Of a stretch of DNA of 64,000 bases, positions 30,736 to 45,774 are shown piece by piece (the stretch's first letter is position 1; the number at the start of each line of letters is the position of its first letter). This DNA is from Eledone cirrhosa (Eukaryota): positions 9,796,001 to 9,860,000 of the forward strand of contig OZ024761.1 in the NCBI GenBank assembly GCA_964016885.1. The letters run 5' to 3'. A program made the translations under genes and the position numbers. The notes under the pieces were generated by a model. The model saw only the letters and a list, made by a program, of their open reading frames with translations. It ran no database searches and was not told the DNA's origin.

Positions 30736-31409
30736 TGGTGGCGGTGGTGGTGATGGTGATGGTGTTGGTGGTGGTGGTAGTGATAGTGGTGATGGTGGTG
30801 GTGGTGGTGGTGGCGGCGGTGGTGGTGGTGTTGGTGGTGGTGGTGGTGATGGTGGTATGGTAGTGGTGGTGGTGATGGTGGTGGTAGTGGTAGTGGTGGT
30901 GGTGATGGTGGTGGTAGTGGTGGTGGTGGCGGTGGTGGTGGTGGTGGTGATGGTGTTGGTGGTGGTGGTGGTGATGGTGTTGGTGGTGGTGGTGGTGGTG
31001 ATGATGGTGATGGTGGTAATGGTGGTGTTGTTAGTGGTAGTGATGGTGGTGGTGTTGGTGGTGGTGGTGGTGGTGGTGATGGTAGTGGTTGTAGTGGTTG
31101 AAGTAGTTGTAGTGGTGGTGGTTGTAGTGGTTGAAGTGGTTGTAGTGGTTGTTGTTGTAGTGTATAGTTAATTGCAAGTATCTTCCTTCTTTTTTTTTTT
31201 TCTGACTCATTTTCATTATTATTGTCTGTTTTACCCTGCTAAGATCGATAGCTATACTGATTGGTACTCGTTTCGCTCTTTTATCGACCTCTGTTATGGT
31301 GAAGGGCAGAGTTATATATTTAACCCCGGCGGGGTTTGAACTCAAAGTAAAGAGCCGTAATTAGATAAACAGTTCATCACTTGTCATAACATCTCTCTCT
31401 CTCTCTCCC

Positions 31410-31443
<34 letters not shown>

Positions 31444-31558
31444 CATTCGCTTCCTGTTCGGCGAAGTATTTTAACCTGCTTTTTACTATTGGGTCTATTG
31501 CATTTTTCTGTCATTCCAGTCTCTCTCTCCCTCTCTGTCTCTCTTTCTTTCTCGCACA

Positions 31559-31644
<86 letters not shown>

Positions 31645-31812
31645 GTCCTTCTCCTCTCGGTCTCTCTCTCTCTTTCTGTACTTTCCTATCTCTCTCTCTC
31701 TCGCCATCTCTTTCTGTACTACCTCATCTCTATCTGTCCTTTCATCTCTCTCTCTCTCGCCATCTCTTTCTGTACTACCCCATCTCTCTCTCCGAACTCC
31801 TCCATCTCGCCT

Positions 31813-31866
<54 letters not shown>

Positions 31867-32136
31867 TACGCTATTGATCAACTTTCCTCCTTTGCTTGTT
31901 CTCTGTCAACCAAAGTCTCTGGGTTACTATCATGGCGCGGAGTTCAGAATAGTTGAACAAACTAACAAAGATATGCCATTAAACGGTAAATATATATACA
32001 CATATTCTTATTTATATATATCTACACATTCAGCTAACTTAGATTGAAGGACTGTCTTTATTCTCACATACGTGTCAACATCTAACCCATATATACGTAC
32101 TTTTCTCTTTGCTTTGCAATCGTATTTGTATACACT

Positions 32137-32172
<36 letters not shown>

Positions 32173-32222
32173 CATATACACACATATATATATATATACA
32201 TACACACACACACACATGTATG

Positions 32223-32265
<43 letters not shown>

Positions 32266-32665
32266 ATATATATACATACACACACACACACATATATAGT
32301 AATAATAATAAATGTGAAGACTAAAATCCGAAAAGGGCTCCATAAGGGTAATATAATATAAATATATATAAAAACGGGTTTCAGAAGATATCTTTAAGAG
32401 TGGAAGCAGCGATTCTTTGTTTAAACTTTAATCTGTTATTTAAATATATATGTATATGTATGTATATGTACATATATATACATACATATTCCATATGGTT
32501 GTATATTTCACGCACATGCTTTTTTACATATATGTGGAAATGTACATTTATGTAAAAAATCATGTACATAGGTATATAACTACTTTTCCCATCTTGACGT
32601 TATAGTCGCATATATGTTATAGAATGCCGTTAGCTTCTTGCTAAAACAATCTCTATACCTCTCAT

Positions 32666-32712
<47 letters not shown>

Positions 32713-32830
32713 ATAAACATATGGGTATATTACTCTTTGTATAATCGTTCCCTGTAAAATATTATTTCCGTTTCGTACTTTTATTATGTTTTCGTAGTCT
32801 TTACACACATACACAGATTTACACACATAC

Positions 32831-32894
<64 letters not shown>

Positions 32895-33064
32895 AATGAT
32901 GGGAGTGTGGTTGAGGAAGTGGCTTTGAAACGAATTGGTTTCATGTTCGATCCGATCGCATGACAATTTTGACAAGTGTCTTTTACTATAGCCTCCGATT
33001 CACCAACGCCCTGTTAAAGGAATTTGGTGGAGGGAAACTGTTCGGGTGCCCGTCGAGTTTGCCC

Positions 33065-33156
<92 letters not shown>

Positions 33157-33245
33157 GATATTAAACAAATGGAAACTTGTCGAGTGCTTTATATCAGTTA
33201 TAAAATATTTACTTGTAACCCAACAATTTTAAATAAAACCTTTGC

Positions 33246-33276
<31 letters not shown>

Positions 33277-33279
33277 GAA

Positions 33280-33310
<31 letters not shown>

Positions 33311-33519
33311 CTTCCTGAGTCCTGTATTTTCGTTGCTGTGGTAATGCGGCTGGGCTGCCGATCGCTATATTTGATTTGCTAAGCTGTCTAAACGTATTGT
33401 TATAACTCTGGGGTACTATAAACATCCGAGTGCTAAAGCTACATACCGGATTGGCATTCGTTAGCTTGGCCGCAAACTAAAGCTTCGTTTATGCTGTACT
33501 AAAATTTATATATATATAT

Positions 33520-33552
<33 letters not shown>

Positions 33553-33799
33553 ACCTCGACGAGATTTGAACTCAGAATGGCAAGGGCCGTAACTCTATGC
33601 GTCAAAGCATGGCGTCTGACCCTCTACCGATACTGCCAATAATAATTGTTTCTACATTTGGCACAAGGCCAGCAATTACCCCAGTACAATACTGGTACTT
33701 TATTTTATCGACCCCGTAAGGATGAAAGGCAAAGTTTACCTCGGCGGGATTTGAACTCAGAATGGCAAGGGTCGTAACTCTATGCATCAAAATAATGAC

Positions 33800-33832
<33 letters not shown>

Positions 33833-33840
33833 TGTGTGTT

Positions 33841-33877
<37 letters not shown>

Positions 33878-34689
33878 GTATGTATATATGTATGTATGTG
33901 TGTTTGTGTGTGTGTATGTATGTGTATGTACGTGTGTATGTATGTATGTGTGTTTGTGTGTGTGTGTTTATGTTGCCACAGGTTACTTCTCATAACTTAA
34001 CTGTTTGACAAATGGAAATCAATAAAAAAAAAAAGTGTCGATAAACAGGAATAAAAAAAAAAATAAAAAAAATTCAAAGCTGTGATCCAGTATGGCCTGA
34101 GCTATTGTAATGACATGTGATGCAGGAAGCCGGAACTATGACTATAAAGCATTCTATCCTATGTTCTATCAACTCTGTCAAGCCACCGCCCCAGGGAGGC
34201 TCATTACTGAATCTTAAAGGATCACAGTTTTATATAAATTAGAATATCATACTTTCAGTGCTAGTGCTACGATTAATGTGCCCTAGTTAGTCACCTAGTG
34301 TACATTAATGAACTTTAAGGGGTCATAGTTTTATATAAGTTTGGTTGTGCTGGTGCCACTATAAAAAGCACCCAGCTCACTCTATAGAGTGGTTGTGCTG
34401 GTGCCACAATAAAAAGCACCCAGCTCACCCTGTCAGGTGGTATTAGTAGTGCCATGATAAAATGCACTCAGTAAATGTTCTGAAATTGTTGGCATTAGGA
34501 AGTGCATCCAATTATAGAAACCATACTATATATAGAATTTATGAATGAAGCACTAATCTGACCAATCAGGCCACAGAAGAATGACTGACTGTCTGTCAAA
34601 CCTATGTAAGCATGAAAGATAAATGTAAAACAGTGATGATGATAATGTTGATGAGTATGGTGTGATTTGAGGCAAATTTCACTGCTCTT

Positions 34690-35642
34690 CCACACTGTAA
34701 AATGGTCAGGTTGGAGTCATGACAAAAGGCACCCAGCCCATACTGTACAGTGCTCATCTTGATGTCATGACAAAAACACCCAGGCCACACTGTAAAGTGG
34801 TTGAGGAGATGTCATGACAAAAACACCCAGGCCACACTGTAAGGTGGTTGAGTAGATGTCATGACAAAAACACCCAGGCCACACTGTAAGGTGGTTGAGG
34901 AGATGTCATGACAAAAACACCCAGGCCACACTGTAAGGTGGTTGAGTAGATGTCATGACAAAAACACCCAGGCCACACTGTAAGGTGGTTGAGTAGATGT
35001 CATGACAAAAACACCCAGGCCACACTGTAAGGTGGTTGAGTAGATGTCATGACAAAAACACCCAGGCCACACTGTACAGTGCTCATCTTGATGTCATGAC
35101 AAAAACACCCAGGCCACACTGTAAGGTGGTTGAGGAGATGTCATGACAAAAACACCCAGCCTACGCTGTAAGGTGGTTGAGTAGATGTCATGACAAAAAC
35201 ACCCAGGCCACACTGTAAGGTGGTTGAGTAGATGTCATGACAAAAACACCCAGGCCACGCTGTAAGGTGGTTGAGGAAATGTCATGACAAAAACACCCAG
35301 GCCACACTGTAAGGTGGTTGAGTAGATGTCATGACAAAAACACCCAGGCCACACTGTAAGGTGGTTGAGGAGATGTCATGACAAAAACACCCAGGCCACA
35401 CTGTAAGGTGGTTGAGTAGATGTCATGACAAAAACACCCAGCCTACGCTGTAAGGTGGTTGAGTAGATGTCATGACAAAAACACCCAGGCCATGCTGTAA
35501 GGTGGTTGAGGAAATGTCATAACAAAATACCCAGGCCACACTGTAAGGTGGTTGAGTAGATGTCATGACAAAAACACCCAGGCCACACTGTAAAGTGGTC
35601 ATATAGGTCTCACGACAAAAAGCACCAAGCACTCACTGTAAA
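34690..35642. repeat. 47-bp minisatellite (about 20 units) attached to a SINE 3' half
   Basis: Unit cacactgtaaggtggttgagtagatgtcatgacaaaaacacccaggc; continues into ttaggaagggcatccagctgtag. Confidence 0.92.
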
Positions 35643-36904
35643 TGTGGTTGGCATTAGGAAGGGCATCCAGCTGTAGAATCTGAGCCAGTTATTTATGAGC
35701 AAGACATGGTCACCTGACCCAACTTGCCTTGAATGTGACAAGCTATCTAATCCATGCCAGCGTAGAAAATGGACGTTAAATGATAATTTCTATTAGCTGA
35801 TGTGACCAGGTATACTCAGTCACCTTGCTATGTCATAAACATCAACTGCTAAATCATGTCACCTGTTTGATTGCCTCACCTGTTTGATTGTGTCATCTGT
35901 TTGATTGTGTCACCTGTTTGATTGTCACCTGTTCTTAATGTCACATATTTGACCTTTTAACCTTTGTCCCAGACAAACTTGACAAAAATTAACAAACTTC
36001 TGTTATGTAGTATGAGTCAACAAAGCAACCTCTAAGTGATTGTGAGACCTGCTAGAAACTGCAGCCTAATCCCGTCTGATAGAGTAGCGGTTTGACACAT
36101 GAGGGTACATACTGGAATACATATCAAACCATACCATACTTAAGAATTAAGCATGTGTTGCTATCAAGAAATACTGCTTCAAATATCCAAAGTGCCATGA
36201 CAAAAAGCACCCAGTTCACCCAAAAAAGGCTGTGCAATTGCTTGATAACGGTCAAGGGGTTTTCACGCATGGCTACTCTAGCCACTTCACTACCATGCAC
36301 AGCACAAACATGACTAAAGATAGCCCTGTATACGCAATTAGTGAAAATAGAATTTGTGCTGTCCATAGTTTTTGGCAGGGTTTTTTTCTGGCTGGATGCC
36401 TTTCCTATCACCCCCCACTTTACAGCATGGACTGGTTGAATTATTCATGCCACCAGCACTAGAGAGGTTGTCTTACTGGACTCAAGAGCCCTCTCCAACC
36501 CATATCAGTTTGTATTTGGATTGTCTACTCTCCTAGATGGGTTGCCTTCACTACAGCATACAGAGTCCTCGTCTGCCCCATGGCATTGTTTCCTGTCAGC
36601 ATGACTTGGCAAGCTAATTAGAACACTGGATTAACCCCTTTACTTTCCTTCCATATTCCCTCCATATTACCGATTGTGTTGTTATTTCTGTTTACCTTTT
36701 ACATATATATAACCTGATTAGTTCTTTCGTTATTTTGGTATTGTGTTGGGTTTTGCCTGCCACAATTTTCAATTTGTCAAGCTATTTAAACGTATGTTAT
36801 TACTCTAAGGACCTACCCTTATTGAGTGCTTTGCTACTCATTCCTTATTGTAGGTCGACTTTGCTTGGCCACAGCCAAAGCTTCGATTTTACTAAGCTTC
36901 CACT

Positions 36905-36947
<43 letters not shown>

Positions 36948-37444
36948 TTACACTTGCACGGACACACATATATGTTAGTTTGTGTGTAAATAGTGATTAG
37001 TTCTTCATACTCAATGGTTACTATGTTTGAAAATTGTTATAGGTTGTCAGGGTAACGCTATCTTTATCATCATGACCATCATGACCATCATCATCATCAT
37101 CATACTGCTCAGGATGAAAGACATCATGTATCTCTATAACCCTAGGCTGTCACATGAACAAAGTAACAGAGATCAATCCATATATGCATTAATTTGATCA
37201 GAGTTTGTGTTCTCTTGTTATCTCTACATTACTTGTTGTATGTCTACACCTCACTCTCTCTCTCTATCATCATCATCATCATCATCATCATCATCGTTTA
37301 GTGTCCATCTTCCACGCTAGCATGGGTTAGATGGGATTGCCCCAGTGAGGCAAGATTGGTCGGGTGACCATGTCTTGCTTGTATAGGACTGTATCTGGCA
37401 GGTTTTCTATGGTTGGATGCCCTTCCTAACACCAACCACATTTA

Positions 37445-37491
<47 letters not shown>

Positions 37492-37492
37492 T

Positions 37493-37842
37493 ATCATCAT
37501 CATCATCATCATCATCATTTTACGTCTGCTTTTCCCTGCTTGCAAGGGTGGGACGGGTCTTATTCAGCACAGCATCTCTCCACTTGTCACGGTCCTTCGT
37601 CACCTCCACCGTAAGCTTCAGCGATCTGAGGTCTGTTCTCACCACCTCCGCCCATGTTTTTCGTGGTCTACCTCTACCACGTCTTCCTTCAACTGGCATT
37701 TCCTGGCACTTCTTCACCCATCGGTCATCCTCCATGCACATCACATGTCCATACCACCTCAGTCTCCTCTCCCGTACACTACATTCTATCCCTCTCAGAC
37801 AGTTTCTCTCTCAACACATTTATGCTGGGTCATTCACGCACA
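37493..37842 (-). mobile_element. RTE LINE 3' fragment
   Basis: Aligns to 46465-46800. Confidence 0.82.
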
Positions 37843-37849
37843 TTGATAT

Positions 37850-37884
<35 letters not shown>

Positions 37885-37923
37885 GGGTATGTTAAAATTT
37901 ATTTATAAAACTGGTATATATTG

Positions 37924-37988
37924 TATTTTGTCTGATGAAAGCACACCATAATTTAACATGGTATCCTTGAAATATGTATAATAAAATA
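37924..37988 (+). ncRNA. Type I hammerhead ribozyme motif
   Basis: tattttgt-CTGATGA-aag..accat..atggt..ctt-GAAA-tatgta-TA-ataaaata; 8-bp helix I. Confidence 0.75.
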
Positions 37989-38033
37989 GATATGGTTTTA
38001 TAAATATAATTTCCATTTGTTAATATCGCATAC

Positions 38034-38072
<39 letters not shown>

Positions 38073-38269
38073 CAACCCACATTTATTATTTTCTTTACAG
38101 ATCTGCTGATTAAGGCATCACATGACTACAGACCTCTATAAGCATATGGCTGCCAGAAACAATGTATCCAAAGATAGAATATGCTGTATATTTATTAATT
38201 TCAGTATGTAGCTTCATTATCATTTTCACGTATCTCTTTGAATTAGCTGAACATCACAATTTGTGAGTG

Positions 38270-38369
<100 letters not shown>

Positions 38370-38373
38370 AGTG

Positions 38374-38494
<121 letters not shown>

Positions 38495-38503
38495 GTGTGA
38501 GTG

Positions 38504-38566
<63 letters not shown>

Positions 38567-38870
38567 ATATATATATATTTAATTAAAAAGGGAACAACAC
38601 AAAATATAACTACTCCATTACCAGTTTTGTGTTGTTCCCTTTTTAATTAAATATATATATACACACACACACACATATATATATATATACACTCTCACAC
38701 ACACACATATATATATATATACACACACACATATATATATATATATATACTATATTTCCTGGCGCCGAAGATGCTTCGCCACAACGACCCTTGTTCCCTT
38801 TCTAATTAAATAGCTCTGTTCTATACATAGAGCACTCTTTTTCCCTTTGCTTTTGCTTCAGAATTACCTA

Positions 38871-38921
<51 letters not shown>

Positions 38922-38977
38922 CATACACATATAGTTTTGATTGCAAATGGAAGGAGCAAAACTCAATATATGGCTAG

Positions 38978-39019
<42 letters not shown>

Positions 39020-39616
39020 TCATCATTTTTACGGGTTCTTTTTTTTTACCGTGGCACCTCCACGACCACTTTGCAGTGGAATGATATGGACCCCAGTCCC
39101 TATCATCTCATTTCTACAGCTGAGTAAACTGGAGCAATGTGAAATAAAGTGTCTTGCTCAAGGACACAACACCCGGTCCGAGAATTGAACTCACAACCTT
39201 TCTATTGCAAGCCCAATGCTCTAACCACTAAGCCATATATATATATATATATGTTCCAGTTAGAATATATAAATCTAAAACAACAATAATTGTTTCTACT
39301 TTAGGCAAGGCCAGCAAATACCCAGTACATTACTGGTACTTTATTTTATCGACCCTGTAAGGATGAAAGGCAAAGTTAACCTCGGCGGGATTTGAACTCA
39401 GATCATAAAGGGCCGTAACTCTATGCTAGAAAGCATGGCGTCCAACTCTCCACCGATACTGCCAATCCACCTCCCTCAAAACAACAATAATAATGTCATA
39501 ACAAACAATAATGTATGTATAAATATAATATTTGTTGATTTTCTCACCAGGTGGCGCTTGTGTAAAGGTAGTGACATCTGAGGTGTGAGACATCGAAGCA
39601 GCTAGTTTACCCAAGG

Positions 39617-39783
39617 ATGGCCACTTCTCCAGTGGCTGCTGTGTCCAGTAGAGCTATGGCGGGCACACTGAGTGCAATACCAATGTCATCTGTACTGAAA
39701 CAGATGACAGATGCTGGCCAGTTCTCCTACTCCAGTATCTGTGCTCTGGCAATGAAGGACCTCTTTGAAGATAAGTGGCATCA
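39617..39783 (+). CDS. TMCO4: TMCO4 coding exon 1 (exon acceptor at 39550/39551)
   Basis: aggATGG start; MATSPVAAV...[27 protein letters not shown]; CA|gtaagt. Confidence 0.85.
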
Positions 39784-40213
39784 GTAAGTATATATATATG
39801 TCTGTGTGTATATGACAATAATATATATATATTATTGTCATATACACAATTATTACCTTGATTAAATCTTAACCATTTAACATCTCAGGGTATGTCATGT
39901 ATCATTATATTTTCTCTGATGAGGACGTACTGTTGTACCTCCGAAATATGTATAATAAAATGTAATTGATCAAAAGAACATCTATTTTATTAATATTTAT
40001 ATTTTAATATATATATATATATATATATGTCTGTGTATATATGACAATAATATATATATATATATATATGTCTGTGTGTATATGACAATAATATATATAT
40101 ATCATCATCAGTATATATATATATCTATGTCTGTGTATATATGACAATAATATATATATCATCAGTATATATATATGTCTGTGTATATATGACAATAATA
40201 TATATATCATCAG

Positions 40214-40251
<38 letters not shown>

Positions 40252-40808
40252 TATGTGTCCCTATTGAGGAATTTTTCCTTTGTTTTCATTTTTTTGTTTG
40301 TTAAATCCTTTGTTTTTCTTTTTATATGGAATGTATAAAGGGTGGTGCCCCAGCATGGCCTCAGCCAGATGGCTGGAACAGGTACCTTTTGTACCTTAAT
40401 GTTATACTTCATATCAACCCTTGTGGTTAATAAAGAAAGCATTATTATTATTATCATTATTATTATTATTATTATTTTTAAGTTGACTTTGCCTTCAATC
40501 CTTACGGGGTCGTTAAAATAAAGTACCAGTAATGTACTGGGTAATTGCTGGCCTTGTGCCAAAAGTAGAAACAATTATTATTATTATTATTTTTATTATA
40601 GGTCATTTAAAGCTAATGTATTGATAAAAATCTTCAACTACCTGGAGCAACCTGAACAGGTGAGGTTTTCAGTTAAGTTTTATATTTTTTTTAAATAATT
40701 ACATAACATTTTTGGTTTATTGGTGCCAATAATAGTTATTATTGTGAAATATAGTCCAAATCCTGACCATATATGTAGATATAATACACACAGATACATG
40801 TTGCATAT

Positions 40809-40840
<32 letters not shown>

Positions 40841-43800
40841 ATATAAATGAAGTAATTCCGTCGGAAAGGTCCAGGAAAAAAGAGTGCTCTATGTAGGTTA
40901 CAGAGCTTATTAGTTATGTAATAAACAACCTAAGATAATTTTTTTTTTTTTCCTCCAGCCTCACTTTCATATCTTATATTTTTGTTTTTCAAACCCACTG
41001 TCAATAAAGACACCAGGATTTTTTCATTCTGATGAATGAAAGCAATTTTGGTTGCTTTCAAGAAACCACTGGTAAATGAAATAATTATCTTATGTTGTTT
41101 ATTACATAAATATATATATATATATATAAAATTGCAAGTTTGAAGAACTATTAGATAAAATATATACAGTATTTACTCGCCCTAGTCCGTATAAATCAAT
41201 CACATAAAAAATCATTTAGGGCGAGGAAATACTGTATTTATTTTATCTAATAGTTCTTCAAACTTGCAATTTTATATATAGCTCTGATTAATGATTATTT
41301 GCTTAATTAATTCTTCATTGAGCCACACCGTGAAAGGTAGCCCAACTCATATATGTATCTGTGACTATGTCTAATTATATATATATATACCCCTTTGAAT
41401 ATATATATATATATACACCACACACACAAATTCACATTGCATATTATTACAGTTGATTCTGTTATTTCTTTACCCAACTTTTAGGTTCGTGTGAACATCA
41501 AAGCCTTTATGGAAGGCCATGGCAATGATGAAGTTGACCCCTTCATTAAAGTGTTGATGTGTGAAGAAATATTGAAAGACTCCCTACTGCCTTTGGTTGT
41601 TGATCTCATAACATTGTTGATTAAGGAAGGTAATATTTCCCCCATCAAGCACATTTTCCCCCCTAGCCTCCAGCAAATACCCAGCCCACCAAAAAAATCC
41701 TCACCACCCCCAGCAAACCCCAGCCCACCAACAACTCCCTCTCACCACCACCAGCAAACTCCAGCCCACCAAAACCTCCCTCTCACCACCCCCAGCAAAC
41801 CCCAGCCCACCAAAACCTCCCTCTCACCACCCCCAGCCCACCAACAACTCCCTCTCACCACCCCCAGCCCACCAACAACTCCCTCTCACCACCCCCAGCC
41901 CACCAACAACTCCCTCTCACCACCCCCAGCAAACCCCAGCCCACCAAAAACTCCCTCTCACCACCCCCAGCCCACCAACAACTCCCTCTCACCACCCCCA
42001 GCCCACCAACAACTCCCTCTCACCACCCCCAGCAAACCCCAGCCCACCAAAAACTCCCTCTCACCACCCCCAGCCCACCAACAACTCCCTCTCACCACCC
42101 CCAGCCCACCAACAACTCCCTCTCACCACCCCCAGCAAACCCCAGCCCACCAAAAACTCCCTCTCACCACCCCCAGCCCACCAACAACTCCCTCTCACCA
42201 CCCCCAGCCCACCAACAACTCCCTCTCACCACCCCCAGCCCACCAACAACTCCCTCTCACCACCCCCAGCCCACCAACAACTCCCTCTCACCACCCCCAA
42301 CAAACCCCAGCAAACCCCAGCCCACCAACAACTCCCTCTCACCACCCCCAGCCCACCAAAACCTCCCTCTCACCACCCCCAACAAACCCCAGCCCACCAA
42401 CAACTCCCTCTCACCACCCCCAACAAACCCCAGTCCACCAACAACTCCCTCTCACCACCCCCAGCAACTCCATCTCCTCCCTAGCCTCTCACATTCTCAG
42501 TTCAAATCCCACACCAGTCACAAACCCTATCCTATCAATTTTCTAAATAACTGTTCCTACTTTTGGCACAAGGCCAGCAATTATCCCAGTACGTTACTGG
42601 TACTTTATTTTATCGACCCTGTAAGGATGAAAGGTAAAGTTAACCTTGGCGTGATTTGAACGTAGCCTGTAAAGGGACGTAACTCTATGCTGTCAAGCAT
42701 GGCGTCTGACCCTCTACTGATTCTGACAAGCCACCGCCTTATTTCTTAAATAGTATAAAGAGTGGTAGGTTCATGTGCACACAGGCTATAAATTAGTTTA
42801 TAAAATAGAGTGAAGACCCTTAAAGATGGAAAAAGACGTTGCTATCAGATTCTACAAAGAATAGAACCCCGTATGGACACATATATTGGTGACCTACATG
42901 ATAAATGCACCCAGCACACCCTGTGAAGTGGTTGGGGTTAGGAAGGGCATTCGGCCATAGGAAACTTGCCAAACAAAGAGTTACGAGGACCCTACAGTTG
43001 TGTCAAAGACATGACAACCTCTCTAGTGCGGGTGTCATGATGATAAGATGCTCCCAATAGAGCATGGGACCTTATGTAAGTGAGATGCAGGCCCCTCCCG
43101 GCTCATCTGAAAGGTCAGTAGGTCCCCTTGAGCTAGCTGATGGATGTTAAATGATGATGATGATGATGAGGTGGAGGTGAATGTATGATTTGTTGCATTA
43201 GTTTACTGTGATAATCTCCAAACCTGCTCTGAGTGGAGCTTAAAGAATTATCAGCTCCCAACCTTTCCTCCCACCATCCTCATCACATATCTAATTTATT
43301 AGATTAAAGTTAGTGGAATTAGAGGGGATTAATGGTGGTGGTGGTGGTGGTGGTGGTGGTGGTGGTCGTGGTGGTGGTGATGGTGGTGGTGGTGGTGGTG
43401 GTGTTGGCTTGTAATGTAGTGGTGACTGAACTGAGGGTGTTGTGTTGGTTGTGATTGTAGTTGTGCTGGAAGCTGTGGTGGTATTGATTGCTGTGGTAGT
43501 GGTAGTTGTGGTGGCAATGACTCTCTCTCTCTCCCTCTCTCTCTCTATATATATATATACACTATATACACATATATTTACATCTATATTTATAGGAAAA
43601 AGTATGACCCCGACGGCAGAATTCAAGCCGTTTCGACGGCTATTTCCAAACGACGGCTATTTCGAAACAGCTTGAGCTCTGCCGTCGGGGTCATACTTTT
43701 TCCTATTTCCCACTCTACTACCCTAAGTATTGAGTACTCTGGTGCGTTATGGTCCATCTGGTTCCTTACCACAATTCCTTTGTTTATATATTTATATTAA

Positions 43801-43896
43801 CTTTTATGGCAGATTTATACAACCAGATGCCCTTCCTGACTCCAACTTATACACACATACACACACACATACATACATATATATATACACACTAAC

Positions 43897-43958
<62 letters not shown>

Positions 43959-45471
43959 CAAAGGAAGTGAGGTAAGGAACCAGATGGACCATAACGCACC
44001 AATACTTATATATATCAATACTTATCATCATCATCATCATCATCATCATCAGGTTTAGTGTCCGTGTTCCACGCTTGCATGGGTTTGGACGGGGGTTTAC
44101 CCACTTGAGGCAAGAGTGGTTGTCTTGCTCGCATAGGACTGTCTGGCGGGTTTTCTACAGTTGGATGCCCTTCCTAACACCAACCACATTTACAGTGTGG
44201 GGCTGGGAGGTTTTTACCATGTTGCCTACACGGCCACATTACAGCGTGGACTGTCTGGCGGGTTTTCTACTGCTGGATGCCCTTCCTAACACCAACCACA
44301 TTTACAGTGTGGGGCTGGGAGGTTTTTACCGTGTTGCCTACACGGCCACATTTACAGCGTGGACTGTGTGTTTTTTTGTCGTGACACCTACACGATCTCA
44401 TTTGTTTCGGCCTGGATGTTGTGGGACCAACATAACTTTACATTGAAAGGGGCGGTGTGGATGGGGTGGAGGAGGTGGGACGGGGGTGTGTTTTGATAGA
44501 GATGCCTACTGACTGTAGTAGGTTTTTACTTTGTATTTAGGTAAGGCGGGTCTTCTCTATTACTGAGTACCGCCAAAGGTCTCGGTCCAGTGACATTGTC
44601 TTGGAGAGGTGTAAGCGTGTGAGGTCGGAATTTATCAGCTCGTCCCATGTTTTTCTGGGTCTGCCTACTCCGTGGCTACCGTCTATCTTTATTGCCCTGC
44701 ACTTATATATATTATATATATATATTGTATATCTATGTATATATATATATTGTATATATATATATCATCATCATCGTTAAATGTGATGGGTGTTAGGAAG
44801 GGCATTCAACCGTAGAAAACCTGCCAGACAGTCCTATACGAGCGAGACACGTTCACCCAACCAATCTTACCTCAAATGGGACAATTCTCGTCTGACCCAT
44901 GCTACCATGGAAGATAGACGTTAACCCTTTAGCATTTAAACCGGCCATATCCGGCCAGAATTCTCTCACCTTTTTCCGTTCAAACTGACCCCAACCGGCC
45001 CCTCATACTGACTTTAAGGTATTGTTCTCAAAATAAATAATATCAAAATCTCATAGATTCAATATTATGTGAGATAAAGCCTTTTACTGCAAACATACAA
45101 TAGTTTATAAAGAGTAATGTAAATGCTAAAGAGTTAAACGATGATGATGATATATATATATATTTCTGGTGTTTGTTTAGGGATTTATGATGCTCGTTGC
45201 CGAGTGTTAGCCAAACATCTAGCGTGGTTGTTTAGAATTAACTGGGATGAAGTGAGAGAATTTGAGAAAACACTTTCTGAACACCTCAAGACAAATGACT
45301 ATAATGTATCTCAGTGAGTAACATTTTATCTCTCTCTATCTCTCTCTCTTTCTATCTGTTTCTCTCTCTCTCTATCTCTCTCTCTTTCTCTTTCTATCTC
45401 GGTTTCTGTCCCCCTCTCTCTCTTTTCTATCTCTCTCTCTGTTTCTCTCTCTCTCTCTATCTATCTATCTG

Positions 45472-45502
<31 letters not shown>

Positions 45503-45505
45503 CTG

Positions 45506-45536
<31 letters not shown>

Positions 45537-45568
45537 CTGTCTCTCTCTCTCTCTATATATATATATAC

Positions 45569-45602
<34 letters not shown>

Positions 45603-45664
45603 GCTATCATGGAAGAACGGATGTAAAACGGTGATGATGATATCTCTCTATATATATATCTGTT

Positions 45665-45703
<39 letters not shown>

Positions 45704-45729
45704 GAGAGAGAGAAAGAAACAGATATATA

Positions 45730-45774
<45 letters not shown>

